Positions 46,215-55,640 are shown, counted from the first letter of the stretch. The stretch is DNA of 64,000 bases from Segetibacter sp. (GCA_031425015.1 JANPIM010000013.1:120939-184938), one strand, 5' to 3'. Numbers and translations: made by a program. The notes: generated by a model from the sequence alone, not told the origin.

Positions 46215-47483
46215 ATGCAAAACACATTAAAATACGCCCAACAACAAGACCAGAACGATAGATTGAAAGAGTTTAGAAGTAAGTTTTTCATTCCGCAGGT
46301 AAATGGTAAAGAGGCAGTTTACTTTACCGGAAACTCTTTAGGACTTCAACCTAAAACAACGAAATCATACATTAACCAGGAGCTGGATGATTGGGCAAGC
46401 CTGGGGGTAGAAGGACATGTGCATGCGCAAAATCCATGGGTCAGTTACCATGAAGCATTTCCTGCTATCTTGTCCAAAATTGTTGGGTGCCTACCAGGGG
46501 AAGTAGTAGCTATGAATCAATTAACCGTGAACCTTCACCTGTTAATGGTCTCATTTTACCGACCTACCAAAGAACGATACAAAATCATTTGCGAGGCAAA
46601 GGCATTTCCTTCTGATCAGTATGCTTTTCAATCCCAGGCTACTTTTCATGGGTTCGATTTCAATGATGCAATTGTTGAAGTGTTCCCCCGCGATGGAGAA
46701 CATTCCATTCGCCACGAAGATATTCTTGCCACCATAGAAACGCACAAAGATCAACTTGCGCTCGTACTTTTTGGCGGCGTCAATTATTACACGGGCCAGG
46801 TATTCAACATGCAATCCATCACAAAAGCTGCGCACGATGCTGGCGCTATCGCGGGGTTCGATCTTGCCCATGCCGCGGGAAATATTCCGATGCAATTGCA
46901 CGATTGGGATGTTGATTTTGCCTGCTGGTGTTCGTATAAATATTTAAATAGTGGACCCGGTGGAGTTGCTGGAATTTTCATTCATCAAAAGCATACAAGC
47001 AATACCTCGTTGCCGCGCTTTGCCGGCTGGTGGGGACATGATAAAGCGAACCGGTTTAAAATGGGGCAGGACTTTAACCCGATACCAACTGCTGAAGGCT
47101 GGCAACTTAGCAATGCGCCCATCTTGCTGATGGCTGTACACAAAGCATCGCTCGATATTTTTGAAGAAGCAGGCTTTGCAAATCTTGTTGCTAAAAGCAA
47201 ACAATTGACGGGTTATTTGTTGTTTGTATTGGATGAAATAAATAAGTTGATGAATCAACCCATCATTGAAGTAATCACACCAAAAAATGAAGACGAAAGA
47301 GGTTGCCAGGTAAGTATGCTTATGTTGGAACATGGCCGCGAATTTTTTGATGAATTGATACAGCATGGTATAATTGCCGACTGGCGCGAACCTAATGTTA
47401 TCCGTGTAGCGCCGGCACCTTTGTACAACTCGTTTGAGGACGTGTGGCGCTTTGGAGAAGTGGTCAGGACTATTTTGAAATGA
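46215..47483 (+). CDS. kynU: Kynureninase
   Basis: YFTGNSLGLQP, MNQLTVNLH, AFPSDQY, DLAHAAGN, WCSYKYLNSGPG, GWWGH, DWREPNVIR. Confidence 0.97.
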   Translation: MQNTLKYAQQQDQNDRLKEFRSKFFIPQVNGKEAVYFTGNSLGLQPKTTKSYINQELDDWASLGVEGHVHAQNPWVSYHEAFPAILSKIVGCLPGEVVAMNQLTVNLHLLMVSFYRPTKERYKIICEAKAFPSDQYAFQSQATFHGFDFNDAIVEVFPRDGEHSIRHEDILATIETHKDQLALVLFGGVNYYTGQVFNMQSITKAAHDAGAIAGFDLAHAAGNIPMQLHDWDVDFACWCSYKYLNSGPGGVAGIFIHQKHTSNTSLPRFAGWWGHDKANRFKMGQDFNPIPTAEGWQLSNAPILLMAVHKASLDIFEEAGFANLVAKSKQLTGYLLFVLDEINKLMNQPIIEVITPKNEDERGCQVSMLMLEHGREFFDELIQHGIIADWREPNVIRVAPAPLYNSFEDVWRFGEVVRTILK

Positions 47484-47501
47484 AACGGAACGTAAAATGG
47501 T

Positions 47502-47597
47502 ACGCAAATTTTTATGGTTGTTATGATTTGTTATGGATTATGTGGAATTCGTAAAAAAGATCAGTATTCATCCTTTCAGTCATAAAAATCTGCGTTC
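47502..47597. repeat. Gene-less copy of the GxxExxY inverted-repeat bracket between kynU and kmo
   Basis: Left ACGCAAATTTTTATGGTT (47502-47519) pairs with right AGTCATAAAAATCTGCGT (47578-47595). TCATAAAAATCTGCGTTC (47580-47597) is identical to 34845-34862. Confidence 0.8.
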
Positions 47598-47610
47598 AAA
47601 AATTTAGAAC

Positions 47611-48954
47611 ATGACGGAAAAGAGAATTGTAATAATCGGCGCCGGACTTGTTGGTTCGTTGCTCGGAATTTATCTTTCTAAGCGCGGACACCAGGTAAAA
47701 ATATTTGAGCGCCGTGCCGATATGCGTCAAGAAATAGTGAAGGCAGGCAGGTCTATCAACCTCGCATTAAGTGATCGCGGTCTGAAGGCATTGCGAGAAG
47801 TTGGAATAGCCGACGACTTAATGGAGATTGCTATTCCCATGCCCGGCAGAATGATTCATAACCTGAATGGCGCTAGTGTGTTTCAGGCATATGGTAAAGA
47901 AGGGCAGGCCATCAATTCTGTTTCGCGTGGTGAGTTGAATAAGAAACTAATGGACCTGGCAGAAGCCAATAATGTAGAAATCATTTTCAATAAAAAATGT
48001 GCTTCCATCAATTGGGATAAACGCGAAATTGCTTTTGACGACACCACTACGCTCAACCAGGAGTTTGAATACCCTGATGTGATATTTGCAGCTGATGGAG
48101 CATATTCAGCGGGACGATTGCAGCACATGACCACGCATCCAATGTTTGACTACCAACAGTTTTACATTGATTGCGGCTACAAAGAATTATCGATTCCCGC
48201 AGGGGAAGGCGGAAGTTTTCTGTTGGACAAAAACGCTTTGCATATCTGGCCGCGTAAAGATTATATGCTAATCGCGTTGCCTAATACTGATGGAAGTTTT
48301 ACAGGCACTTTATTCTTTCCGTATCACGGCGAAACGTCATTTGAAAAACTGGATACACCACAAAAAGTACACACATTTTTCTCTTCAGATTTTCCTGATA
48401 TCATGCAACTCATTCCAAACGTGACGGAACAGTTTTTTGAGAACCCCACATCGCCATTGGTGACGGTGAAATGTTTTCCCTGGGTACGTGATGATCGATT
48501 CGCTTTAATCGGTGACGCGGCTCATGCCATTGTTCCTTTTTTCGGACAAGGCATGAATGCCGGTTTTGAAGATTGTTCTGTGTTGAATGAATTGATGGAT
48601 AAACATGGGGATGATTGGGCTGCATTGTTACAAGATTTTCAAACCATGAGAAAACCGGATGCAGATGCCATTGCAGACCTGGCAGTAAACAACTTTATCG
48701 AAATGCGCGAAAAGACAGCGGATCCAATTTTCCTGCTTCAAAAAAAGATAGAAGCACGCCTGCATGAACGCCATCCGAATAAATGGATACCAGCTTATTC
48801 GCAGGTAACGTTCTCGCCACACATCCGTTATTCTGAAGCATTATTGAGAGGACAACGTCAGGAAGCAATTATGCAAACAGTGATGAGCATAGACGGCATT
48901 GCAGAAAAGTGGGACAGTGAGGAAATTGAGAATCGTATTCTTGAGCAGCTCTAA
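47611..48954 (+). CDS. kmo: Kynurenine 3-monooxygenase
   Basis: GAGLVG, GRSINLALSDRG, GYKEL.IP, ALHIWPR, IALPN.DGSFT, GDAAHAIVPFFGQGMNAGFED. Confidence 0.95.
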   Translation: MTEKRIVIIGAGLVGSLLGIYLSKRGHQVKIFERRADMRQEIVKAGRSINLALSDRGLKALREVGIADDLMEIAIPMPGRMIHNLNGASVFQAYGKEGQAINSVSRGELNKKLMDLAEANNVEIIFNKKCASINWDKREIAFDDTTTLNQEFEYPDVIFAADGAYSAGRLQHMTTHPMFDYQQFYIDCGYKELSIPAGEGGSFLLDKNALHIWPRKDYMLIALPNTDGSFTGTLFFPYHGETSFEKLDTPQKVHTFFSSDFPDIMQLIPNVTEQFFENPTSPLVTVKCFPWVRDDRFALIGDAAHAIVPFFGQGMNAGFEDCSVLNELMDKHGDDWAALLQDFQTMRKPDADAIADLAVNNFIEMREKTADPIFLLQKKIEARLHERHPNKWIPAYSQVTFSPHIRYSEALLRGQRQEAIMQTVMSIDGIAEKWDSEEIENRILEQL

Positions 48955-49188
48955 AAGAGAAAATGGAGGCTTATAAGTGCGGTTTCAATAACTAATTTTA
49001 TAGTTTTCGCTAAAATAATCAGGTCATTTTGTTTTGCTTTATAAGTCTTTGAAATAGAGTGCTGGCGGGCTTTTTTCGCTGAGGCACCCCGGTATTCAAT
49101 CGATTTTGTTTTGGCCCGGCTACAGGTTTTTGATATAAGATGCATCAGAAGGCATCATACCTAAGATAAATTCCCGAAATTTGCTTTT

Positions 49189-49473
49189 ATGGAAAAGTTT
49201 CAAATGTTTGAAGAATGGTTGAAGGCAAAGCATCAACTTAACTGGCGTGAAAATATCATTCACATCACCGCCATTGATAAAGTGCTAATGGTGCCCAACT
49301 TTGAAAAGATTGCTTCGGCATCTATTCTCAATCAAATGATGAGTGCATTAAAGAAAAATGTTTCTTTCGCCTCTAAACCTAAAACAGAACGTGACAAAGA
49401 ACTAAAGTCTTTAAAACTGTACATTCAGTTTATCGAGGAAGAAAAAGTGCTAAAGAACTCTTCTGCTTCGTAA
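49189..49473 (+). CDS. Small hypothetical protein (94 aa)
   Basis: AT-rich ORF between kmo and pyrF; all-helical appearance; no family confidently recognised. Confidence 0.55.
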   Translation: MEKFQMFEEWLKAKHQLNWRENIIHITAIDKVLMVPNFEKIASASILNQMMSALKKNVSFASKPKTERDKELKSLKLYIQFIEEEKVLKNSSAS

Positions 49474-49591
49474 ATATTCCCGTCATGTGATTTTCTTTCT
49501 CCCCAATTTCCTACAACAACAGACAACGATTTTCCTGCATTTCCCAATGTAGGGCCATGCATAATCCGTTTGCAAAAACTATTCTGTATCT

Positions 49592-50434
49592 ATGAATCGT
49601 GTGCAGCTCATTCAGCAAATATTTGACAAGAAAAGCTATCTATGTGTTGGCTTGGATACCGATCCGCAGAAACTTCCATTTCACTTACAGGGAAGAGAGG
49701 ATGGTGTGCTGGCGTTCAATAAACGGATGATTGATGCAACTAAGGACTACTGTGTTAGCTATAAACTGAACACAGCATTCTATGAGGCAATGGGCATACA
49801 AGGATGGGAGATACTACAAGAAACGGTTGACTATATTCCTTCTACACACCTTACCATAGCTGATGCTAAGCGCGGCGATATTGGTAATACATCGGCTCAA
49901 TACGCAAAAACCTTTTTCGAGGTATATGGATTTGATGCTGTAACGGTAGCGCCCTACATGGGTGAGGACAGCATTCGTCCGTTCCTGGATTATGCAGATA
50001 AGTCCACTATTGTGTTGGGGCTTACCTCCAACAAAGGCAGCGAAGATTTTGAACAACTGAAAGTTTCAAGCGATCCATCCAGCGGACAAAATGCTTTGCA
50101 TCAACAGCCTTTTCTATACGAAAAAGTGATGGAAAAAGTTGCTGGTTGGGGAACGCCCAATAACCTGATGTTTGTAGTTGGAGCAACTAAAACAGAACAA
50201 CTTGAGCAACTACGTAAATCATTTCCCGAACACTTTTTCTTAGTGCCTGGCGTAGGGGCGCAGGGCGGAAGTTTGGAAGAAGTTTCTCGTGCGGCAATGA
50301 ACCACGAAGCAGGTTTGTTGGTAAATGCAAGTAGGGCGATCATTTATGCATCAACAGGGGAAGATTTTGCAGAAGCCGCTGCCACAGTAGCCAGCGAATA
50401 CGCTAAAGAGATGAGTAAATATTTTTTGAAGTGA
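49592..50434 (+). CDS. pyrF: Orotidine-5'-phosphate decarboxylase
   Basis: LCVGLD, YKLNTAFYE, IADAKRGDIGNT, LTSN.GS.DF, VVGAT, LVPGVGAQGG, VNASRAII. Confidence 0.97.
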   Translation: MNRVQLIQQIFDKKSYLCVGLDTDPQKLPFHLQGREDGVLAFNKRMIDATKDYCVSYKLNTAFYEAMGIQGWEILQETVDYIPSTHLTIADAKRGDIGNTSAQYAKTFFEVYGFDAVTVAPYMGEDSIRPFLDYADKSTIVLGLTSNKGSEDFEQLKVSSDPSSGQNALHQQPFLYEKVMEKVAGWGTPNNLMFVVGATKTEQLEQLRKSFPEHFFLVPGVGAQGGSLEEVSRAAMNHEAGLLVNASRAIIYASTGEDFAEAAATVASEYAKEMSKYFLK

Positions 50435-50441
50435 GGAAACT

Positions 50442-51050
50442 CTACATACCTGTGCTAAAAACTTGAACCAGGCGATCTGCCCATCTTTCATATTCTTTCG
50501 CAGACGGATGAAGTTTGTCTGCAGCCAGTAAACTGGCATCATTTGCAACTTCGCGGGTTCCGGGTGTAATGTCAATGTAGGGGCACCTGTACTTTTCAGC
50601 AATCCGTTTATTAATTGCGTTGAAGGCATCAATCTCCTTCGTAATCTCCTTTTTATTTTTCCCTGCGGCAAACGGTGTACAACCCCAATCAGGAATGGAC
50701 AGTACAGCAACGTTTGATGGTTTTTCAGCGGCGAAGTGGATGGCTTTTTTCAGCAAGAACCCAAAATCATTTTCGTAATCTGCAGCGGCCAAACCGCGGT
50801 ATTGATTGTTTACACCAATCAACAGCGACACAAAATCGTAGTGCTGATTCAATACATTGTGAATGAGGTGTTCAGCAAGTTCAGTGGTGGTCCAACCTGT
50901 TTTTGCCACAATTTCTGGCGCATGAATAGTATGTCCTGTTTGTCTCAGGTTTTGCACTGCCTGGTAGGGGAAGCTTTCATAAATTGGAAGACTTTCGCCA
51001 ATAGTATAGGAGTCGCCAAGCGCAAGGTAAGAGTAGAGATGCTTTGACAT
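50442..51050 (-). CDS. SGNH/GDSL hydrolase
   Basis: ALGDSYT, GWTT, LIGVNN, DKLHPS. Confidence 0.9.
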   Translation of the reverse strand: MSKHLYSYLALGDSYTIGESLPIYESFPYQAVQNLRQTGHTIHAPEIVAKTGWTTTELAEHLIHNVLNQHYDFVSLLIGVNNQYRGLAAADYENDFGFLLKKAIHFAAEKPSNVAVLSIPDWGCTPFAAGKNKKEITKEIDAFNAINKRIAEKYRCPYIDITPGTREVANDASLLAADKLHPSAKEYERWADRLVQVFSTGM

Positions 51051-51060
51051 GGAGTTCAGC

Positions 51061-51112
51061 GTGTTGAATAGTTGATTTGTTCAATGGTTGAAAGGTTGAA
51101 AAGTTGATTGGC
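51061..51112 (-). repeat. Degenerate 8-mer array before the SGNH start
   Basis: + strand gttgaatagttgatttgttcaatggttgaaaggttgaaaagttgattgg, i.e. TCAACnnn on the sense strand. Confidence 0.7.
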
Positions 51113-51151
51113 AGATCCGAGGCGAGCCAGGGTATCATTCATCACAAGCCA

Positions 51152-51580
51152 TTATTTAAAAACAGCATTCTTCGCTGTCCACCACGGATGAATTTCGTAT
51201 CCTAAACGACCGGCAACAATGGCCGGGTCTGTTTTCAATAGCTCTACTACTTCTTCTTTTGTTTCCGCATCGAATATAAAAACGCCGCGCCAATTACCAT
51301 CGTCACCAAAAGGTCCTGCTACCACAATTTTACCTTCTTTAGCAAGGCGGTTCAGGTTATCCATATGCCCTTGCTGAATTTTATTGATAATAGCAGTGTC
51401 GGTAATTTCACCACGCCTGTTTCCTTTGGTAAGCATTACAAAGAAGTATTGCTTCATGGTGTACTCGCCTGCCTTAAATTCTTTCACCGGTTTTTTGACC
51501 ATGGCGTCTTTGGTGGCAGGTGTTTGGGCAGAGGAAATAGCTGTTACAAACAGTACAAGAAGGAATGTTATTGTTTTCAT
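51152..51580 (-). CDS. YciI-family protein with signal peptide
   Basis: Likely start MKTITFLL (51580); HMDNL..L..EGK...AGPF, G.FIF, DPAI..G. Confidence 0.8.
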   Translation of the reverse strand: MKTITFLLVLFVTAISSAQTPATKDAMVKKPVKEFKAGEYTMKQYFFVMLTKGNRRGEITDTAIINKIQQGHMDNLNRLAKEGKIVVAGPFGDDGNWRGVFIFDAETKEEVVELLKTDPAIVAGRLGYEIHPWWTAKNAVFK

Positions 51581-51690
51581 GTTGAATTGTATTTGCATAA
51601 GAAAAATACAACAATTCGTTGGTGTGACGAGGCGGCGGGTTATTTTTACCGCCATATTAAAAAGACTAAATCTTTATAAAACAAAACGAG

Positions 51691-52875
51691 ATGGCTGCCA
51701 GAACTGATTTATTTCAATCCCCCGATTACTACCTGCTTGACGAATTGCTTACAGAAGAACAACGCATGGTGCGTGATACCGTACGCAATTATGTAAAAAA
51801 GGAAATCTCTCCGATTATTGAAGATTATGCACAGCGGGCTGAGTTTCCTCAGCAGATTGTTAAGCAGATGGGTGACATTGGTGTGTTTGGACCTACAGTG
51901 CCGGTAGCGTATGGCGGTGGCGGCATGGATTACATTAGTTATGGATTGATGATGCAAGAGTTAGAACGTGGCGATAGTGGAGTACGTAGTACAGCTTCGG
52001 TACAAGGTTCATTGGTGATGTACCCAATTTTTGCTTATGGTAGCGAAGAACAAAAAATGAAGTATTTGCCAAAACTGGGTAGTGGCGAATGGCTGGGTTG
52101 TTTTGGATTGACCGAGCCCGATCATGGAAGCAATCCTTCAGGAATGCTGAGCAACATTAAAGATGCAGGCGATCATTATATTTTAAACGGCGCAAAAATG
52201 TGGATCAGCAATGCACCTTATGCGCAGGTAGCGGTTGTATGGGCGAAAGATGAAGCAGGAGATATACGCGGAATGGTGGTTGAACGAGGGTGGGAAGGTT
52301 TTAGTACACCCACAACCCACGGCAAATGGAGTCTTCGAGCTAGTGCTACCGGAGAGCTTGTATTTGATAATGTGAAAGTGCCAAAGGAGAATGTTTTTCC
52401 AAATGTAAAAGGTTTGAAAGGGCCATTGGGATGTTTGAGTAAGGCACGCTATGGAATTTCCTGGGGAGCACTCGGTGCGGCAATGGACTGCTACGATACT
52501 GCTTTACGTTATAGCAAAGAGCGCATTCAGTTCGATCGGCCAATCGGGGGGTTTCAACTGCAACAGAAAAAATTGGCAGAGATGATTACAGAAATCACCA
52601 AGGCACAACTGATGGTTTGGCGCTTAGGCGTTTTGATGAATGAAGGAAGGGCAACACCCGCGCAAATCTCAATGGCAAAAAGAAATAGTTGTGAGATAGC
52701 CGCCAATATTGCCCGCGATGCCAGGCAGATGTTGGGCGGCATGGGCATAACAGGGGAGTACAGTATTATGCGCCACATGATGAATTTGGAAAGTGTAATT
52801 ACTTATGAGGGAACGCATGATGTTCACCTGCTGATCACAGGTATGGATGTAACCGGATTGAATGCTTTTAAATAG
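51691..52875 (+). CDS. gcdH: Glutaryl-CoA dehydrogenase (acyl-CoA dehydrogenase family)
   Basis: ELERGDSGVRSTASVQGSLVMYPI, CFGLTEPDHGSNP, GKWSLRASATG, ARYGISWG, ESVITYEGTHDVH. Confidence 0.88.
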   Translation: MAARTDLFQSPDYYLLDELLTEEQRMVRDTVRNYVKKEISPIIEDYAQRAEFPQQIVKQMGDIGVFGPTVPVAYGGGGMDYISYGLMMQELERGDSGVRSTASVQGSLVMYPIFAYGSEEQKMKYLPKLGSGEWLGCFGLTEPDHGSNPSGMLSNIKDAGDHYILNGAKMWISNAPYAQVAVVWAKDEAGDIRGMVVERGWEGFSTPTTHGKWSLRASATGELVFDNVKVPKENVFPNVKGLKGPLGCLSKARYGISWGALGAAMDCYDTALRYSKERIQFDRPIGGFQLQQKKLAEMITEITKAQLMVWRLGVLMNEGRATPAQISMAKRNSCEIAANIARDARQMLGGMGITGEYSIMRHMMNLESVITYEGTHDVHLLITGMDVTGLNAFK

Positions 52876-53069
52876 GTTTTGAGACCTGACAATATTTGTG
52901 GGTTAAACTCGTCTTTAGTGGACGGGGAGTATTTCTTAGATCGTGTGAAAGGTTTGACTGTAGCGTTTCTCAGTGATTTTTATGCATATGTGCCTTAGGA
53001 ATATTTCTCTATGTTTTCTATGGAAATTCTAGTGTAACTATGTGTTTTTAACCCAACCAAACCTTTAAC

Positions 53070-53576
53070 ATGAAGCTCTTTTTAATCGGCATGCCCGGTG
53101 CCGGCAAAACCCACGCAGCAGAATTTTTAAAAAAGAAACTCAAAATTCCTGCCTACGACCTGGATGCACTTGTAGAGATGATGGAAGAAAAAACCATCAC
53201 CGAAATTTTTGAAGAAGGTGGGGAAGAAACCTTCAGAAAATTAGAGGCGAAAATGCTGCGTTTATTTAAAGAGAAGAAGAAATTTATACTCAGTACCGGT
53301 GGAGGTACACCCTGTTTTCACGATAACATAGATTGGATGAATAAAAACGGTCAAACGGTTTTTATTGATGAACCAGTTGAAGTACTCGTTGAACGTTTGG
53401 TGAACGAGCAAGAGAAACGTCCGTTATTGAAAGATAAATCAGCTTCTGAACTAGAGGCCTACCTACAGGAAACGCTGGCACAAAGAAGATCATTTTACGA
53501 AAAGGCCAGTTGCCAGTTTACATCAAAAGAGTTGGAGGCAGGTGGTTATAAGAAATTAGAAGTAGAATATGCATAA
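53070..53576 (+). CDS. aroK: Shikimate kinase
   Basis: LIGMPGAGKT, DLD, GEETFRKLE, STGGGTPC, KRPLL. Confidence 0.93.
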   Translation: MKLFLIGMPGAGKTHAAEFLKKKLKIPAYDLDALVEMMEEKTITEIFEEGGEETFRKLEAKMLRLFKEKKKFILSTGGGTPCFHDNIDWMNKNGQTVFIDEPVEVLVERLVNEQEKRPLLKDKSASELEAYLQETLAQRRSFYEKASCQFTSKELEAGGYKKLEVEYA

Positions 53577-53955
53577 TACATTTATAAAACTGGCGGCGAT
53601 TATCGGAGCTCTTTCTGTTGCTCTAGGTGCCTTTGGCGCACACGCACTTAAGCAACGAGCCTCAGAGTATGCGGTGGGTATTTTTGAAACCGCTGTACGT
53701 TACCAGTTTTATCATGTAATTGCTTTATTGGCTGTAGGTATATTATTTAAAGATTTTGGAAATAGGTGGATGACGTATGCCGGTTGGTCATTCATACTTG
53801 GTATTATACTTTTCAGCGGCAGCTTATACCTTCTTACTTACATCAAGATGATTGACAAGCCTTCGCTTAACTGGATTGGCGCTATTACCCCGCTGGGTGG
53901 AGTAGCGTTAATTGCGGGTTGGGTTTGTATGTTTATGGCATTGTTGAAACAATAA
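53569..53955 (+). CDS. DUF423 (YgdD/TMEM256-like) membrane protein
   Basis: GAFGAHAL, FETAVRYQFYH, LFSGSLY, GAITPLGG. Confidence 0.92.
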   Translation: MHNTFIKLAAIIGALSVALGAFGAHALKQRASEYAVGIFETAVRYQFYHVIALLAVGILFKDFGNRWMTYAGWSFILGIILFSGSLYLLTYIKMIDKPSLNWIGAITPLGGVALIAGWVCMFMALLKQ

Positions 53956-54021
53956 TTTCATCTGCGTTGGACTTATTTTTCACCACCCGAAAGCAGGGCA
54001 GCCATTAATGCCGAAATGTAA

Positions 54022-54046
54022 AAGACCGGCGCTAGATGCCGGTCTT
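54022..54046 (-). terminator. Hairpin terminator between convergent DUF423 and ssb
   Basis: AAGACCGGC-gctagat-GCCGGTCTT, with a T-run following on the minus strand. Confidence 0.65.
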
Positions 54047-54119
54047 GGACGATAAAGAATTACACTTTGAAATTGTTGGTTGTAATAAATGTCACCAACT
54101 GCTAAATTCAACATTCAAC

Positions 54120-54461
54120 TTAAGCAGTCTTTTTTCCAAATACCAACAATTCATTAGCCTGCACTTCTGTTACATACTTTTTAGTTCCTTCTTTATCTGT
54201 ATAGTTCCGGTTCACCAATTTACCCTGTACCAAAACCTCCATTCCTTTGGTGAATAGCTTTTCTGCAATCTCGGCTGTTTTACCCCAGGCAATGATATTG
54301 TGCCATTGCGTTTCGGTTATTTTCTCACCCTTCGCATTTGTATACACTTCATTTGTTGCGAGATTGATCCTTGCCATTTTTTTGCCGTCGTCTAATGTTT
54401 TTACTTCAGGATTAGCTCCAAGGTGTCCAATCAGTTGTACTTTGTTCTTCATGCTGTTCAT
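54120..54461 (-). CDS. ssb: Single-stranded DNA-binding protein, short paralog lacking the acidic C-terminal tail
   Basis: NKVQLIGHLGANPE, LATNE, TQWHNI.AWGK.AE, KG..V.V.GKL..R.Y; ends ...LLVFGKKTA. Confidence 0.92.
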   Translation of the reverse strand: MNSMKNKVQLIGHLGANPEVKTLDDGKKMARINLATNEVYTNAKGEKITETQWHNIIAWGKTAEIAEKLFTKGMEVLVQGKLVNRNYTDKEGTKKYVTEVQANELLVFGKKTA

Positions 54462-54637
54462 AACTAAGATTTTATTCGTTTAAAATGGTGGCAGGTTTGC
54501 TGCCGTTACTCAAACAAAGGTGGGGTTGAGGAAAAGCCCGAATCGGTATTTAGTCGCTTACTACCAGATATAGTCATTTGTAAGCGTTTGCAAACGGATA
54601 AGTTTTATACTATGTTAGTATTTCTAAAGCTTATTGT

Positions 54638-55015
54638 ATGTCTTCCGAAAATCACAACTGCATCGAATGTAACCGTCCAATCAAAGGAAGGGTTGATAAA
54701 AAATTTTGCGACGATGGTTGTCGGAATACCTATAACAACAAACTGAACAGTACCACCAGCAACCATGTTCGAAACATCAATAACACGCTGAAACGTAACC
54801 GTCGTATTCTTGAGGAAGCGTTGCACCAATATGAAGAGATGAGTAAAACAACCCGACAAAAAATGTTGCTGAAGGGCTTTTCATTTACTTACCATACGCA
54901 TACTTACACCAATAAAAAGGGCAATGTTTATTTTTTCTGTTACGAGTATGGCTATCTACTGCTCGAAGCTGACTGGGTGCTGGTGGTAAAACGAAAAGAA
55001 ACATCTTCCACTTGA
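54638..55015 (+). CDS. Zn-ribbon-containing hypothetical protein (Bacteroidota-type)
   Basis: CIECNRPIKGRVDKKFCDDGCRNTYNN; NNTLKRNRRIL; YFFCYEYGYL. Confidence 0.8.
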   Translation: MSSENHNCIECNRPIKGRVDKKFCDDGCRNTYNNKLNSTTSNHVRNINNTLKRNRRILEEALHQYEEMSKTTRQKMLLKGFSFTYHTHTYTNKKGNVYFFCYEYGYLLLEADWVLVVKRKETSST

Positions 55016-55107
55016 CGGAGTGTTCCGCCAGGCAATCAATTAAGTTGTAAAACGCAACGAAGTATCCTTCATCAACTTACTTTTACTGCTTATCACCTGT
55101 AAACAAC

Positions 55108-55539
55108 ATGCAAAATAAGAACGCCGCTTTCGATGTAGTAAACGAAGTATTGGAAGCTTGTATTCTTGCCTACCCTGTGTCTTCGTTTGTCATTAGCCTG
55201 TACAAGCAATACCAGATTAGGGGCAGTCTTAGCAAAAAACAGTTGGAGGGCTTGTATGGTAAGGCTTCAAAAATTGAAGACTTATCGCCGGGCAAACTGG
55301 CAACATTAGAGGCACTCATCAAAAAAATGCCAAACCGGTTTAAGTCTGATAAGCCTGAGCCAAAAGAGGAAGTACAAAAAGATGAGCGGATGGGAAAGCT
55401 AATGGATGATATTTTACTTAAATATCCGCAGCACAAGCGTGTTATATTTCTTAAAGCTAAGTATACCAACAACGAGCTTTTAACGGCAGCAGACCTGGCG
55501 GATTTGAAACGGTTTGAACAGGTAATGACAAAGAAGTAA
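55108..55539 (+). CDS. Hypothetical protein with an internal two-fold repeat
   Basis: 143-aa ORF; two ~31-aa segments align without gaps (see findings). Confidence 0.75.
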   Translation: MQNKNAAFDVVNEVLEACILAYPVSSFVISLYKQYQIRGSLSKKQLEGLYGKASKIEDLSPGKLATLEALIKKMPNRFKSDKPEPKEEVQKDERMGKLMDDILLKYPQHKRVIFLKAKYTNNELLTAADLADLKRFEQVMTKK

Positions 55540-55640
55540 GTGGCATTTCAGGTTTGGAGATTTTTCAAGCACTTCAATTTTACCGGGATCTGCATCGCAA
55601 AAGAAAGCGATAAGCCGGATTGCTTCCATAACACCTTTCT

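Noticed and set aside
54120-55539. Prophage remnant suggested by the short ssb and Zn-ribbon gene
   Set aside because: No integrase, structural or replication phage genes; the flanks are ordinary housekeeping genes
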